Below are positions 50,624 through 60,210 of a stretch of DNA of 64,000 bases, one piece after another. Origin of the DNA: Myxococcota bacterium (GTDB lineage Bacteria > Myxococcota_A > UBA9160 > UBA4427); the NCBI GenBank assembly GCA_965250285.1, contig OZ252299.1, positions 1,568,001-1,632,000 on the forward strand, in the 5' to 3' direction. The notes beneath the pieces were generated by a model. The model did no database searches and had not been told where the DNA came from. It was given only the letters and a program-made list of their open reading frames with translations. Positions within the stretch are counted from its first letter, which is position 1; the number at the start of each line of letters is the position of its first letter. The translations under genes were made by a program, and so were the position numbers.

Positions 50624-52042
50624 ATGCAGCAGAAGGTCATCGAGTTCACGAACCTCCTTCGAAAGAGCGGGGTGCGTGTCTCCGTCGCCGAGGGGCTCGA
50701 CGCTTTCCTGGCCCTCGAAGAGCTCTCGATCGACGATCGAGCGCTGTTCAAGGACGCCTTGCGCACGACGATGGTCAAGCGCGGCGACGAGATCCCGACG
50801 TTCGACGAGCTCTTCGAGCTCTTCTTCTCGGGCTTCTACGACAATCTGCGCGATCAGTTCGGCGATCTCGGCGAGCAGATGGGCGCCGAGGGGATCGATC
50901 TCGACCAGCTGCTGCAGCAGCTCGCCGAGATGATGCAGCAGATGGATGGCGAGATGGATCTCAGCGAGCTCGCCAAGGCTCTGCTGACTCAGGATCTCTC
51001 GCAGCTCGAGAACCTGATTCGGGACGCCGCCCAGGACGCCGGCATCGACCGCATCGAGAACATGCTCCAGGTCGGCTTCTTCAGCCGGCGCACGCAGGAG
51101 CAGCTCGACATGGAAGGCGCCATGGGCGAGCTCGAGTCGCTCACCGAACGCGCCGCCGGCATGGGCATGTCGGAGGAGGATCAGGAGGGCATGCGCAAGC
51201 TCATGCAGAAGCTGCAGGAGCTCATGCGCAAGACCGTCAAGAACTTCGTCGAGCAGGAGCTGCAGACGCGGAACCATGACTACATGGAGAAGTTCCGCAA
51301 GGAGATGCTCCAGGAGAAGAGCTTCTACCACCTGACCGAGGACGAGATCGCGCGCATGCGCGAGGTGGTGAATCGGCTCGCCCAGCGCATCAAGAACGTG
51401 CTCTCGATTCGCAAGAAGCGGATCAAGCGCGGCAAGCTCGATCTGCACAACACGCTGCGCCGCAACATGGCGCACGGCGGGATCCCGTTCGAGGTGGTCT
51501 ACAAGCACCGCCGCAAGGATCGTCCGAAGCTGATCATCATGTGCGACGTGAGTTCGTCTGTCGCGAACGTCTCCCGCTTCATGCTGCAGTTCATGTACGG
51601 GCTGCAGGAGGCGTTCAACAAGATTCAGTCGTACGTCTTCGTGAGCGACCTGGGCGACGTCACGCCGGTCTTCAAGGACGGCGACGTCAACACCGCCATC
51701 GAGAAGGCGCTCGACGGCGGCGACGTCATCAACGTCTACACCCGCTCGAACTTCGGTAAGGCCTTCCATGACTTCTGGAAGGACCACCTGTCGATGGTCG
51801 ACAACAAGACGACCGTGCTGATCCTCGGTGACGCGCGCAACAACTACAACGATCCGAAGGCCTGGTGTCTCCGCGACATCCACAACAAGGCCAAGAACGT
51901 CGTCTGGCTGAACCCCGAGAGCCCGTCGGCCTGGGGCTTCGGCGACAGCGTGATGGATCGCTACATGCCGTACTGCGACATCGTCGAAGAGTGCCGCAAC
52001 CTGCGGCAGCTCTCGCGCATCGTCGACCAGATCGTCCTCTAG
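50624..52042 (+). CDS. CoxE-like VWA domain protein
   Basis: 'LRKSGVRVS', MIDAS-like 'CDVSSSV', 'ILGDARNN', 'VWLNPE', 'CRNLRQL'. Follows the CoxD-like ATPase. Confidence 0.9.
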   Translation: MQQKVIEFTNLLRKSGVRVSVAEGLDAFLALEELSIDDRALFKDALRTTMVKRGDEIPTFDELFELFFSGFYDNLRDQFGDLGEQMGAEGIDLDQLLQQLAEMMQQMDGEMDLSELAKALLTQDLSQLENLIRDAAQDAGIDRIENMLQVGFFSRRTQEQLDMEGAMGELESLTERAAGMGMSEEDQEGMRKLMQKLQELMRKTVKNFVEQELQTRNHDYMEKFRKEMLQEKSFYHLTEDEIARMREVVNRLAQRIKNVLSIRKKRIKRGKLDLHNTLRRNMAHGGIPFEVVYKHRRKDRPKLIIMCDVSSSVANVSRFMLQFMYGLQEAFNKIQSYVFVSDLGDVTPVFKDGDVNTAIEKALDGGDVINVYTRSNFGKAFHDFWKDHLSMVDNKTTVLILGDARNNYNDPKAWCLRDIHNKAKNVVWLNPESPSAWGFGDSVMDRYMPYCDIVEECRNLRQLSRIVDQIVL

Positions 52043-52058
52043 ACCCAGGAGCGACGGC

Positions 52059-53291
52059 GTGCACCGCCTTCGTCTGGGGGCCCTGCGCATCGCGGTGCTG
52101 CTCGTCTCGCTGGGCGTTTCGCTCGCGCTGGCCGATGCGGCCTTCCGGCTCTACGAACGCATTCACCTGCTCGCGCGCATGCCCGAGCCCGGTGACGTTG
52201 GCGCCATCGACCTCGGCGCGCTCAACTACAACGAGGGCGTCGTCGAACGGAGCAAGGCTCCGGGTGAGTTTCGCGTCCTGAGCTTCGGTGACTCGTTCGG
52301 CTACAGCATCATGCAGCCCGATCGCTCCTACGCCGGCATCGTCGAGCGTGAGCTCGCCCGCGCGCGCCCCGATCTCGACGTCCGCGTCATCAACCTCGCC
52401 GAGCCCGCGACGTCGCCGCGCGACTACGTCGCGGCGTCCCGCTACTGGGCCGAGATCTTCGAATACGATGCGGTGCTGTTCCACGTCTACCTCGGGAACG
52501 ACATGATCGACGCGCCGTTCTATGACCGAACGCGCGACTGGCGGCCGATCTACGGCTTTGGCGAGCACGACCGCTCGATCGTCGATGGGCGATTGCGTCG
52601 CATCCCGCATCGCTTTCCCCTGCGCATGCTCGACCACCTCTACGCGCTGTGGCGCGCCGAGCCGCCGACCCCGCCGCCGCCCGGCTTCAACCTCGCGGCC
52701 GCGAGCAATCTCGACGAGCGCACGTTTCGGCAGACGCTGACGGCCCAGATGCTGAACTTCGACGTGGATCAGCTGGAACCGATGCGCGAGGGCTACGACG
52801 AGGTCGTGCGGCTGCTGCGCCGTGCGGTCGAGTTGAAGCAAGCCGGCAAGGGGGTCGCCGTGGCGCTGGGGCCGAGCGAGGTCCAGGTGCGCCCCGAGGT
52901 CTTCGACTGGGTGGTCGAGCAGAGTGCGCTCGATGCGGGGCGCTACGACGTCTTCTTACCGCAGCGCGTGATCGCGCGGATCGCCTCACGGATCGCGGTC
53001 GGTGTGCCTTTCTTCGACATCACAGCTGCGTTCCAGCGGCGCCACGCGGCGACGGGCGCGCCGCTCTATCACCGCCGCAACACCCACTGGGACGCCGAGG
53101 GCAACGTGCTCGCGGGAGAAGTGATCGCAAGCGTGCTCGGCGAGGTGTGGTTCGGGCTGGCGCCGTCGCCCCACACGGCGACGCCGGGCATCCCGCGTCC
53201 GGGCGGCGCGCACGTATCGGATGACGCGATCGACCTGTACGTCGACGGGCTGCTGGCGGCGCCCGACGGTGCGCCCGGGGCGGGGCCCTAG
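52059..53291 (+). CDS. SGNH/GDSL hydrolase-like membrane-anchored protein
   Basis: N-terminal TM, 'FGDSFG', 'YLGND', 'NTHWDAEGN'. Confidence 0.7.
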   Translation: MHRLRLGALRIAVLLVSLGVSLALADAAFRLYERIHLLARMPEPGDVGAIDLGALNYNEGVVERSKAPGEFRVLSFGDSFGYSIMQPDRSYAGIVERELARARPDLDVRVINLAEPATSPRDYVAASRYWAEIFEYDAVLFHVYLGNDMIDAPFYDRTRDWRPIYGFGEHDRSIVDGRLRRIPHRFPLRMLDHLYALWRAEPPTPPPPGFNLAAASNLDERTFRQTLTAQMLNFDVDQLEPMREGYDEVVRLLRRAVELKQAGKGVAVALGPSEVQVRPEVFDWVVEQSALDAGRYDVFLPQRVIARIASRIAVGVPFFDITAAFQRRHAATGAPLYHRRNTHWDAEGNVLAGEVIASVLGEVWFGLAPSPHTATPGIPRPGGAHVSDDAIDLYVDGLLAAPDGAPGAGP

Positions 53292-54637
53292 GGGCCGGAG
53301 CGCGCCCCCGAGTCGCCTCCACCGAGCCGTGGGTGCGCCTGACCATCCACAGGGTCGCCGGGCTCGATGCCGAGCAGCGCGGCCACCGTCGGGTGCACGT
53401 CGACGCTCTCCATCCCGCTCAGCTCGACGCCAGCGGGCACGGCTTCGCCCCACGCAAAGAACACGGCGTTCACGCCGGCATCGGCCTCGACCGGGTAGCC
53501 GTGCATGCCGCGGGCGCGTTCGACCTCGAGCGTCTCGCTGCCGAAGCGACCGAGCCAGCGCAGATACCAGGGCACGTGGGCGAGGTCGGCGCCCCAGTAG
53601 CCGGGGTGGGCGACGAGGATCAAGTCGCCCGATCGGGCGGACGCCCCGACGTGGACGCCGGGCGGCGGGTCGGCTGGATCGATGACGTCGAAGAATCGGC
53701 CGTTCGAGAGCGCCGCGCGTGCCTCCGGGCGTTCATCCGGGCGATCGAGGTAGACGTGGGCGACGACCCCCGCTCCCATGGCCTGTCCGTCGACACCGGC
53801 TTCGCGCAGGATCGCGTGCCAGTTGAGCATCGTGTTCACCGCGTCGACCATGCCGTGGTCGGTGGTCACGATCAGTGTGACCGATTCGCCGAACGCCCCG
53901 GCGTCGATCGCTCCCAGCACCCGGCCGATCTGAGCGTCGACCTCGGCCGTCACGGCGAGCGTCTCGGGGGCGTCGGGGCCGAAGGCGTGCCCCGTTGAAT
54001 CGGGCTCGGTGACGTACGCGGTGATCAGCCCGAGCTCGGGGTGTGTCTCGAACAGCTCGAGCACGCGATCGATCTGTTCGCTGGCGGTCGGCGGCGGCTC
54101 GCGAAACGGCTCGGCGATCGTGGCCAGCCGTCCGCGACGCGTCGACGAGTTGCCCACGGTGCCGAGCGCAGCGCTGCGCACGCCCTGGGCTTCGGCCACC
54201 TCGTGGATCAGCTCGCACTCCACGAGCCAGTCGGCGTCGCCCTTGGCGTTGTAGATGCCGCGCTCCGGATCGTCGAAGTGATTCGAGACGATGCCGTGAT
54301 GCTCGGGCCGGCATCCGGTGCCGAGGACGAAGTGGTTCGGAAGCGAGAGCGTGGGAAACTCGGGGCGCAGAGCGAGGGTCGATGCGCCTTCTGCGGCCAT
54401 CCGGTCGAGGTGCGGCGTGGGTGCTGCACGCACGGCCGCCGGCGAGAGCCCGTCGAAGATCAGCACCACGACGCGACGCGCATCGTCTTCGCGGGTCGGC
54501 ACGGTCGCGACGAAGTCGCTCGTCGGCTCGACGAACCGGCGGGCCGGGATCTCATACGGGGCGCGCGCGGAGACCGCGACGAGCACCAACGCAGCCACGA
54601 GGAGGGCGGCGACGACCAGGCCCGCACGACGCATCAT
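53288..54637 (-). CDS. Nucleotide pyrophosphatase/phosphodiesterase (alkaline phosphatase superfamily), exported
   Basis: 'FDG', 'FPTLSLPNH', 'HGIVSN', 'EPDSTGHAFGP', 'TTDHGM', 'GMHGY'. Confidence 0.88.
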   Translation of the reverse strand: MMRRAGLVVAALLVAALVLVAVSARAPYEIPARRFVEPTSDFVATVPTREDDARRVVVLIFDGLSPAAVRAAPTPHLDRMAAEGASTLALRPEFPTLSLPNHFVLGTGCRPEHHGIVSNHFDDPERGIYNAKGDADWLVECELIHEVAEAQGVRSAALGTVGNSSTRRGRLATIAEPFREPPPTASEQIDRVLELFETHPELGLITAYVTEPDSTGHAFGPDAPETLAVTAEVDAQIGRVLGAIDAGAFGESVTLIVTTDHGMVDAVNTMLNWHAILREAGVDGQAMGAGVVAHVYLDRPDERPEARAALSNGRFFDVIDPADPPPGVHVGASARSGDLILVAHPGYWGADLAHVPWYLRWLGRFGSETLEVERARGMHGYPVEADAGVNAVFFAWGEAVPAGVELSGMESVDVHPTVAALLGIEPGDPVDGQAHPRLGGGDSGARSGP

Positions 54638-54728
54638 CTCGGGTCGTCCTCGAAGCGTCGATGCATGCCGCGAAGATATCGAAGCGCAATGAAACGCATG
54701 AGGTTTGCGACGAACAGTCTTGCGCCCG

Positions 54729-54765
54729 AAAGAAGAACGCCCCGCCGGCGAACCGACGGGGCGTC
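54729..54765 (-). terminator. Rho-independent terminator
   Basis: On the minus strand: ACGCCCCGTCGG-TTCG-CCGGCGGGGCGT followed by TCTTCTTT. Confidence 0.85.
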
Positions 54766-54890
54766 AAAGGGGGAGGGCGGTGGACTCTTTAATGGGGGGT
54801 GAGAGGTTGGACATTTCCGAGAGAAATGACCAATCCACCGCCGCTCCGAAACCCTTTGCTTCCTCAGTCTGTGGTCGCGGTCACGACCTT
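54729..54890 (-). ncRNA. Putative ~160-nt structured small RNA (or attenuator leader), family not recognised
   Basis: Bounded by a TTGACA-N16-CATAAT promoter and an intrinsic terminator; folds by eye into a 5' hairpin plus a multi-branch domain. Confidence 0.7.
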
Positions 54891-54895
54891 GAATG

Positions 54896-54923
54896 ATTAT
54901 GGCTGGCTGGCCTCCGATGTCAA
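54896..54923 (-). promoter_or_regulatory. Sigma70-type promoter
   Basis: Minus-strand TTGACA (54923-54918), 16-nt spacer, CATAAT (54901-54896), with A/T-rich sequence upstream. Confidence 0.75.
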
Positions 54924-55094
54924 TCACGATTTGATTTTCGGAGCGAATCCCGCACCCGAAAAACCCTCGAAAAAACGAGACAATAGCCGGGGAGTTTCGT
55001 TCGTTTCCTGCGCTTTTCCGGGTGCTTCCGATCGACGGCTGCCGATTTGGTCGGGCCGCCGCCTTCGACTAGGTTCTGCGCGCCCGCCGAACGG

Positions 55095-56651
55095 ATGACG
55101 ATCGAGCCTCGAAACGTGAGCGATTCCCGCAGCTTCCATATCCGCACCTACGGGTGCCAGATGAACGTCCACGACTCGGAGAAGATCGAGAATCTGCTCT
55201 TCCACGCGGGGCTGCGGCCGGCCGAGGTCGAGGCCGAGGCCGACGTGCTGATCATCAACACCTGTTCGATTCGCGACAAAGCCGAGAATCAGCTCTACAG
55301 CGACCTGGGCAAGCTGCGGGACTGGCGCGGTGCGCGCCCGGGGCGCGCGCTCGGGGTCGGGGGGTGCGTCGCCCAGCAGGTCGGCGACGGCCTGCTCGCG
55401 CGATTCTCGCACCTCGACTTCGTGTTCGGCACGCACAACGTGCGCCACGTCCCGGCAATGGTCGACGCCGCGCTGGCCGGCGACCGCGCCGCCGACACCC
55501 GGGAGACGAGCGACGTCGACCGATTCGATCTGCCTGCTCCCCACGCCGAGCGCGCGCCGCGTGCCGGGGGCAAGGCGTACGTCACGATCATGGAAGGCTG
55601 CGACATGTTCTGCAGCTTCTGCATCGTGCCGACGACGCGGGGGCGCGAGATCAGCCGGCCGGCCGAGGCCATCCTCGCCGAGGCCCGCCAGCTCGCCGCT
55701 GCGGGCATCCGCGAGATCACGCTGCTGGGCCAGACCGTGAACGCCTACGGGCGCCACGACGTGCGGCGGGGCAAGGCGGCCGAGAAGGGCACGATGCCGT
55801 TTGCCGATCTGTTGCGGGCGCTCGACGCGATCCCGGGGCTCGAGCGCATTCGCTACACGAGCCCGCACCCGCTCTTCTTCGACGACGACCTGATCGCCGC
55901 CCACGGCGAGCTCGAGAAGCTCTGCCCCCACGTGCACCTGCCGGTCCAGAGCGGCTCCGACCGGGTCCTCGAGGCCATGCACCGACGGTACGGCCGAGCA
56001 CGCTATCTCGAGATCGTCGCGGGCCTCAAGGCGTCGCGGCCCGGGCTCACGGTCAGCAGCGATCTGATCGTCGGCTTCCCGACCGAGACCGAGGCCGAAT
56101 TCGAGGAGACGCTCGAACTGATCCGCCAGGCCGGCTTCGTCGACAGCTTCAGCTTCAAGTACTCGCCGCGGCCCGGGACCCGGGCGGCGGAGCTCGGGGG
56201 CGAGGTGCCCGGCGAAGAGGCTCAGCGGCGTCTGATGGCCCTGCAATCGCTGCAGCGGGAGCAGACCCTGGCCTACCACCGCAGCCGCGTCGGCAGCACC
56301 ACGCGCATTCTGGTGGAGGGCGACAGCCGGCGGGGGGCCGGGCAGGTGATGGGCCGCGATCCCCACCACCGGGTCGTGAATCTGTCTCCGCCGACCGGAT
56401 CGGTCTTCACTGCGGGCGTCGAGCCGGGCGCGATGGTCGACGTCGACGTGGTGGAGGCGACGCCCCACAGCCTGATTGGCGCGCCGCTGGGCGCGGCTGC
56501 AGCCGTGCGCGACGAAGCAGCTGAAGCCCCGGGCGAATCGAGCGAAATCGCCGGCGGGCGAGTGAAGTGGGCGCCCCGTCCCGCCGATGAGACCGGGTGG
56601 AGGGGTGGCCGCCCGGACACGCCGAATGATCCCCTCCGTGTGATCGGCTGA
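55095..56651 (+). CDS. miaB: tRNA-i6A37 methylthiotransferase MiaB
   Basis: 'TYGCQMNVHDSE', 'NTCSIRDKAE', radical SAM 'GCDMFCSFC', 'HLPVQSGS', 'FKYSPRPGT', TRAM domain. Confidence 0.96.
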   Translation: MTIEPRNVSDSRSFHIRTYGCQMNVHDSEKIENLLFHAGLRPAEVEAEADVLIINTCSIRDKAENQLYSDLGKLRDWRGARPGRALGVGGCVAQQVGDGLLARFSHLDFVFGTHNVRHVPAMVDAALAGDRAADTRETSDVDRFDLPAPHAERAPRAGGKAYVTIMEGCDMFCSFCIVPTTRGREISRPAEAILAEARQLAAAGIREITLLGQTVNAYGRHDVRRGKAAEKGTMPFADLLRALDAIPGLERIRYTSPHPLFFDDDLIAAHGELEKLCPHVHLPVQSGSDRVLEAMHRRYGRARYLEIVAGLKASRPGLTVSSDLIVGFPTETEAEFEETLELIRQAGFVDSFSFKYSPRPGTRAAELGGEVPGEEAQRRLMALQSLQREQTLAYHRSRVGSTTRILVEGDSRRGAGQVMGRDPHHRVVNLSPPTGSVFTAGVEPGAMVDVDVVEATPHSLIGAPLGAAAAVRDEAAEAPGESSEIAGGRVKWAPRPADETGWRGGRPDTPNDPLRVIG

Positions 56652-56696
56652 CCGACCCCGCGCCGCGCGGGCCCGGTCCGCCGCGCGAGGGGATCG

Positions 56697-58535
56697 ATGC
56701 CGAAAGCGCGCGTACTCGCCGTCGACGATCAGCGCTACTTCCGCGAGCTGATCGAGGGGCTCCTCTGCGAGGAGGGCTACGAGGTCCAGACGGCCTCGAG
56801 TGGCGAAGAAGCCCTCCACATCCTCGAGCGTGAAGACTTCGACATCGTGCTGACCGACCTCGTGATGCCGGGCATCGACGGCAGCGAGCTGGTCGCCCGG
56901 ATCAAGGAGCGCATCCCCGACCAGGAGATCGTGATGGTCACGGGCGTGGTCGACGTCAAGACCGCGGTCGAGGCGATGAAGCAGGGGGCGACCGACTACA
57001 TCCTGAAGCCGTTCGAGCGTCCGACGCTCGTGCGCAGCCTCGAGAAGATCCTGCAGCGCCGCCGGCTGCGCGATGAGCACGAGCGGCTGATGGCCGAGAA
57101 CCTCGAGTACATGAGCGTGCTCTCGCTCTATGAGCGCGCCACGGCTCTATTTTCGACGCTCAGCCTCGAGCCGTTGGCCGAGCGTCTCATCGAAGGGCTC
57201 TGCCTCGAGACCCGCGCCCAGAGCGGCGTGCTCTGGATCGCCCGAGACCAGGGCGCCCGCGCGCTCGGCCTCGCGGCGGCCCGCGGCTTGATTCGGGTCG
57301 AGGAGGAAGCCGAGCAGCTCGAGGCGAACGAGCTCGTGCAGGTGCACCGACCCATCGCCGACGGCGAGCGCTCGTTCGTGGCGCCCGTCGAGCACGGCGG
57401 CCATGTGCACGAGGCGCTCTACGTGCCGCTGCGCCGGGGCGCGGAGATCCTCGGGCTGGCGCGACTCTCCGACAAGCTCGACGGTGCGTCGTTCAACGAC
57501 CGCGACCGCGCCGCCGCCGAGAAGTTCGTCGACTTCGGCAGCCAGGCCCTCGAGAACGCCCTGCGATTCCACGGCCTCGAGCGCCGTTCTTTCCGCGACC
57601 CAACGACCCGGGCCTACACGCGGGCCTACTTCGAGGACGTGGTCCGCAACGAGATCCAGAAGGCTGGCCGCTTCGGCCACCGCTTCTCGATGATCCACGT
57701 GCAGCTCGACGGCCTTGCCGAGGCGCGTCGTTCGCAGAGCGAGACCGACTTCTCGGCCTGGCTCGCCGAGCTGGCGCAGTCGGTCGGTAGCGCCCTGCGC
57801 TCGACCGATCTGCTCGCGACCCTCGACATCGATCGCACCGCGATCCTGTTGCCCGAGACCGATGGGCTCGGGGCGGCGGTGCTCAAGCAGCGCGTCCGCG
57901 AGGTCGTCGACGAGAGCGAGATGCTGAGCCGCGCGGGCGGCGGCGAAGCGCCGCGGCTCGTGCTCGCGACCGCCACGTATCCGACCGACGGCACCCAGCT
58001 CGACGCCCTCGATCGCACCCTCGAAGAACGCCTGGCCGAGGGGCGGGAGAGCCGTGTCGTGTCCGATCCGGGTGACGGTCGCCCGCTCGCCGCCGCGCTC
58101 GACCTCGTCGTGCGCGAGGGCGAGAAGCTGCCGCTCGCGTCGGGCCCGCGGATCACCCGCTTTCTGCTCGAAGAGATCGCGCGTCGACCGCGCGACCGCG
58201 GCCTCGTCTTCCTGTCGCCCGGCGAGGGGCTGATGCCCGCGGTGCACGCCGGGCTGCAGCACCTCGATGGCCAGGAGGTGCGCTCGGAGCTCGTGCTGGT
58301 CGGCGAGAAGGATCACGGCGCCGACTGGGATCTGCCGCTCACGTGGGTGACGCCCGGACGGCTCGAGACCGACCGCGCGTTCGTCCTGCACTACGGCGAC
58401 GGTCCGGCGTATGCGCTCGTCTCGGATGTGCAGGCCGGGCAAAGCGCCGCGATCCGCCACACCGCGGATCGGCACCTCGTCGAGCACCTGGTCTTCCAGC
58501 TTCAGCGGGATCTCGGTATCCCGCTCGGCGTGTAG
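56697..58535 (+). CDS. Response regulator with GAF and degenerate GGDEF-like domains
   Basis: REC 'AVDDQ..TDLVMPG..KP'; GGDEF scaffold 'RDPTTRAY..LRSTDLL..ILLPET' with 'DIDRT' in place of GGDEF. Confidence 0.8.
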   Translation: MPKARVLAVDDQRYFRELIEGLLCEEGYEVQTASSGEEALHILEREDFDIVLTDLVMPGIDGSELVARIKERIPDQEIVMVTGVVDVKTAVEAMKQGATDYILKPFERPTLVRSLEKILQRRRLRDEHERLMAENLEYMSVLSLYERATALFSTLSLEPLAERLIEGLCLETRAQSGVLWIARDQGARALGLAAARGLIRVEEEAEQLEANELVQVHRPIADGERSFVAPVEHGGHVHEALYVPLRRGAEILGLARLSDKLDGASFNDRDRAAAEKFVDFGSQALENALRFHGLERRSFRDPTTRAYTRAYFEDVVRNEIQKAGRFGHRFSMIHVQLDGLAEARRSQSETDFSAWLAELAQSVGSALRSTDLLATLDIDRTAILLPETDGLGAAVLKQRVREVVDESEMLSRAGGGEAPRLVLATATYPTDGTQLDALDRTLEERLAEGRESRVVSDPGDGRPLAAALDLVVREGEKLPLASGPRITRFLLEEIARRPRDRGLVFLSPGEGLMPAVHAGLQHLDGQEVRSELVLVGEKDHGADWDLPLTWVTPGRLETDRAFVLHYGDGPAYALVSDVQAGQSAAIRHTADRHLVEHLVFQLQRDLGIPLGV

Positions 58536-58544
58536 GAGCGGCTC

Positions 58545-60146
58545 ATGCCGACCCAGGGCGAAGACTCGACGGACACCATGGAGCTGGAGGCGCCGCGCCT
58601 CGTCCTCGTCGCCGATGGCAACGCCGGGCGTGCCCAGCGGGTGGCGGCCGAGTGCGAGCTCGCGGGCTACGAATGGAAGATCGCCGCGCACGGCGCCCAG
58701 GCCCTCGAGATCGCACTCGCGACCAAGCCCGACCTCGTCGTGGCCGAGATCGACCTGCCGCTGGTCGATGCGTTCAAGCTCGCCGAGATCATGCGCGCCA
58801 ACCCGCGCACGCGCACCGCGCGCTTCCTGCTGATCGGCGAGCCCGAGAGTCAGCGCGCCTTGCTCGGCGTAGGCGACCGTACGATCGAGCCGACTCGCAC
58901 GCCGCACGAGATCGCCGAGGCCGTGACCGAGATGTTCGTCCATCAACGGCGGCTCGAGCTGCTCGAAGAGGCGGGTCCGTCGGGCGAGGTGACAGAGGGC
59001 GCGCTCGAGCAGCTCTCCCTGGCCGATCTGCTGCAGAGCTTCATGATGCAGCGCCGCAACGGCGCGCTCTTCCTCGACCGCACCGACGACCACGAGCGCC
59101 GCCACCGTGCACGCCTGCTGATTCGCGACGGCGAGGTGCTCCAGGCCGAGGTCGGTCGCGTCGACGGGGAGAAGGCGCTGTTCCGACTGATGGGCTGGCG
59201 CAGCGGTCGCTTCCGGTTCGAGCCGGGCGCGCGCGCCGAGACGCCGACGATCCTCGCGCCCACGCGCCGACTGCTCGTCGAGGGCCTGCGACAGCTCGAG
59301 GAGTGGGATCGGCTCTCGCTCCAGCTGCCGCCGCTCGATGCGCCGGTGAAGCTCGCGGTGAAGAGCGCCGATCTGCCGAACATCGTGCACCCGCTGACGC
59401 AGGAGGTGCTGCTGCTGCTCGAGGATCACACGGTCGTGCGCGACGTCGTCGACCACAGCGTGTTCCCCGACTACCAGGTGCTGCGCACGCTCCACACGCT
59501 GAGCGAGCGCGGCATCATCGAGCTGCAGCGGGCGCCGGCCAAGGAGCCGGAGCGCACGCATCCCCTCGACCGCCTCTTCAACGAGAGTCAGGCTCGCCGG
59601 CTGCGCGACTGGCTGCTCGAGGCGGCGATGCGCGGCGGCGATCTGCCCGACGCGAAGCTTTTGGTGCTGGGCTCGAGTCCCGAGGCCGTGCCCGAGTTCG
59701 TACGCCTGGTCGCCAACGTGCCGGGGGTCGAGCTCTCGCGGGCGAGCCTCGAGGGCCGCGATGTTTCGAGCGAGATCGTCACGCTGGGCCGGCTCGCGGT
59801 CGACGACGAGCTCGGGATCGAGTTGGTCCACGTGCCCTCGGGCGCGGCCTGGGCGCCGCTGTGGCCCGTCGCCGGCCACGGTGCGCTCGGCGCTCTGTTC
59901 CTGCTGACCGGCGCGTTGGCCGAGGCGGCCGCTCGGGTCGAGCCGGCTGCCGAAGCGCTCAAGCGCCGGCCGCGGGCCCGCACGTTCCACGTCGCGCTGC
60001 TTGGCAAGGACGAGCGACTCGCCCCGGACGAGTTGCGCGAGAACCTCTCGCTCCTCGACGAGGCGAGCCTGTTCCTGCTGCCGGTCGAGAGCGGCAAGTC
60101 GCCGGCGTCGCTGATGCGCAGTCTCTTCGCGCGGGTGATGCCGTGA
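58545..60146 (+). CDS. Atypical REC + DUF4388 protein with degenerate C-terminal GTPase-like domain
   Basis: REC lacking the phospho-Asp ('VAEIDLP'); DUF4388 'GALEQLSLADLLQ..GEKALFRLMGWRSGRFRF..LLVEGLRQLEEW'. Confidence 0.8.
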   Translation: MPTQGEDSTDTMELEAPRLVLVADGNAGRAQRVAAECELAGYEWKIAAHGAQALEIALATKPDLVVAEIDLPLVDAFKLAEIMRANPRTRTARFLLIGEPESQRALLGVGDRTIEPTRTPHEIAEAVTEMFVHQRRLELLEEAGPSGEVTEGALEQLSLADLLQSFMMQRRNGALFLDRTDDHERRHRARLLIRDGEVLQAEVGRVDGEKALFRLMGWRSGRFRFEPGARAETPTILAPTRRLLVEGLRQLEEWDRLSLQLPPLDAPVKLAVKSADLPNIVHPLTQEVLLLLEDHTVVRDVVDHSVFPDYQVLRTLHTLSERGIIELQRAPAKEPERTHPLDRLFNESQARRLRDWLLEAAMRGGDLPDAKLLVLGSSPEAVPEFVRLVANVPGVELSRASLEGRDVSSEIVTLGRLAVDDELGIELVHVPSGAAWAPLWPVAGHGALGALFLLTGALAEAAARVEPAAEALKRRPRARTFHVALLGKDERLAPDELRENLSLLDEASLFLLPVESGKSPASLMRSLFARVMP

Positions 60147-60210
60147 GCGCGGCGGCGGGGCGAACCGAGCAGAGCGCGACCGCCGAGTCGGTGCGCGCGA
60201 GGGGGATCGC

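Noticed and set aside
54634..55147. Small ORFs in the phosphodiesterase-miaB intergenic region (54634-54927, 54799-55098, 54920-55147)
   Set aside because: Atypical codon usage; they cross the promoter and/or terminator and are better explained by the structured RNA.
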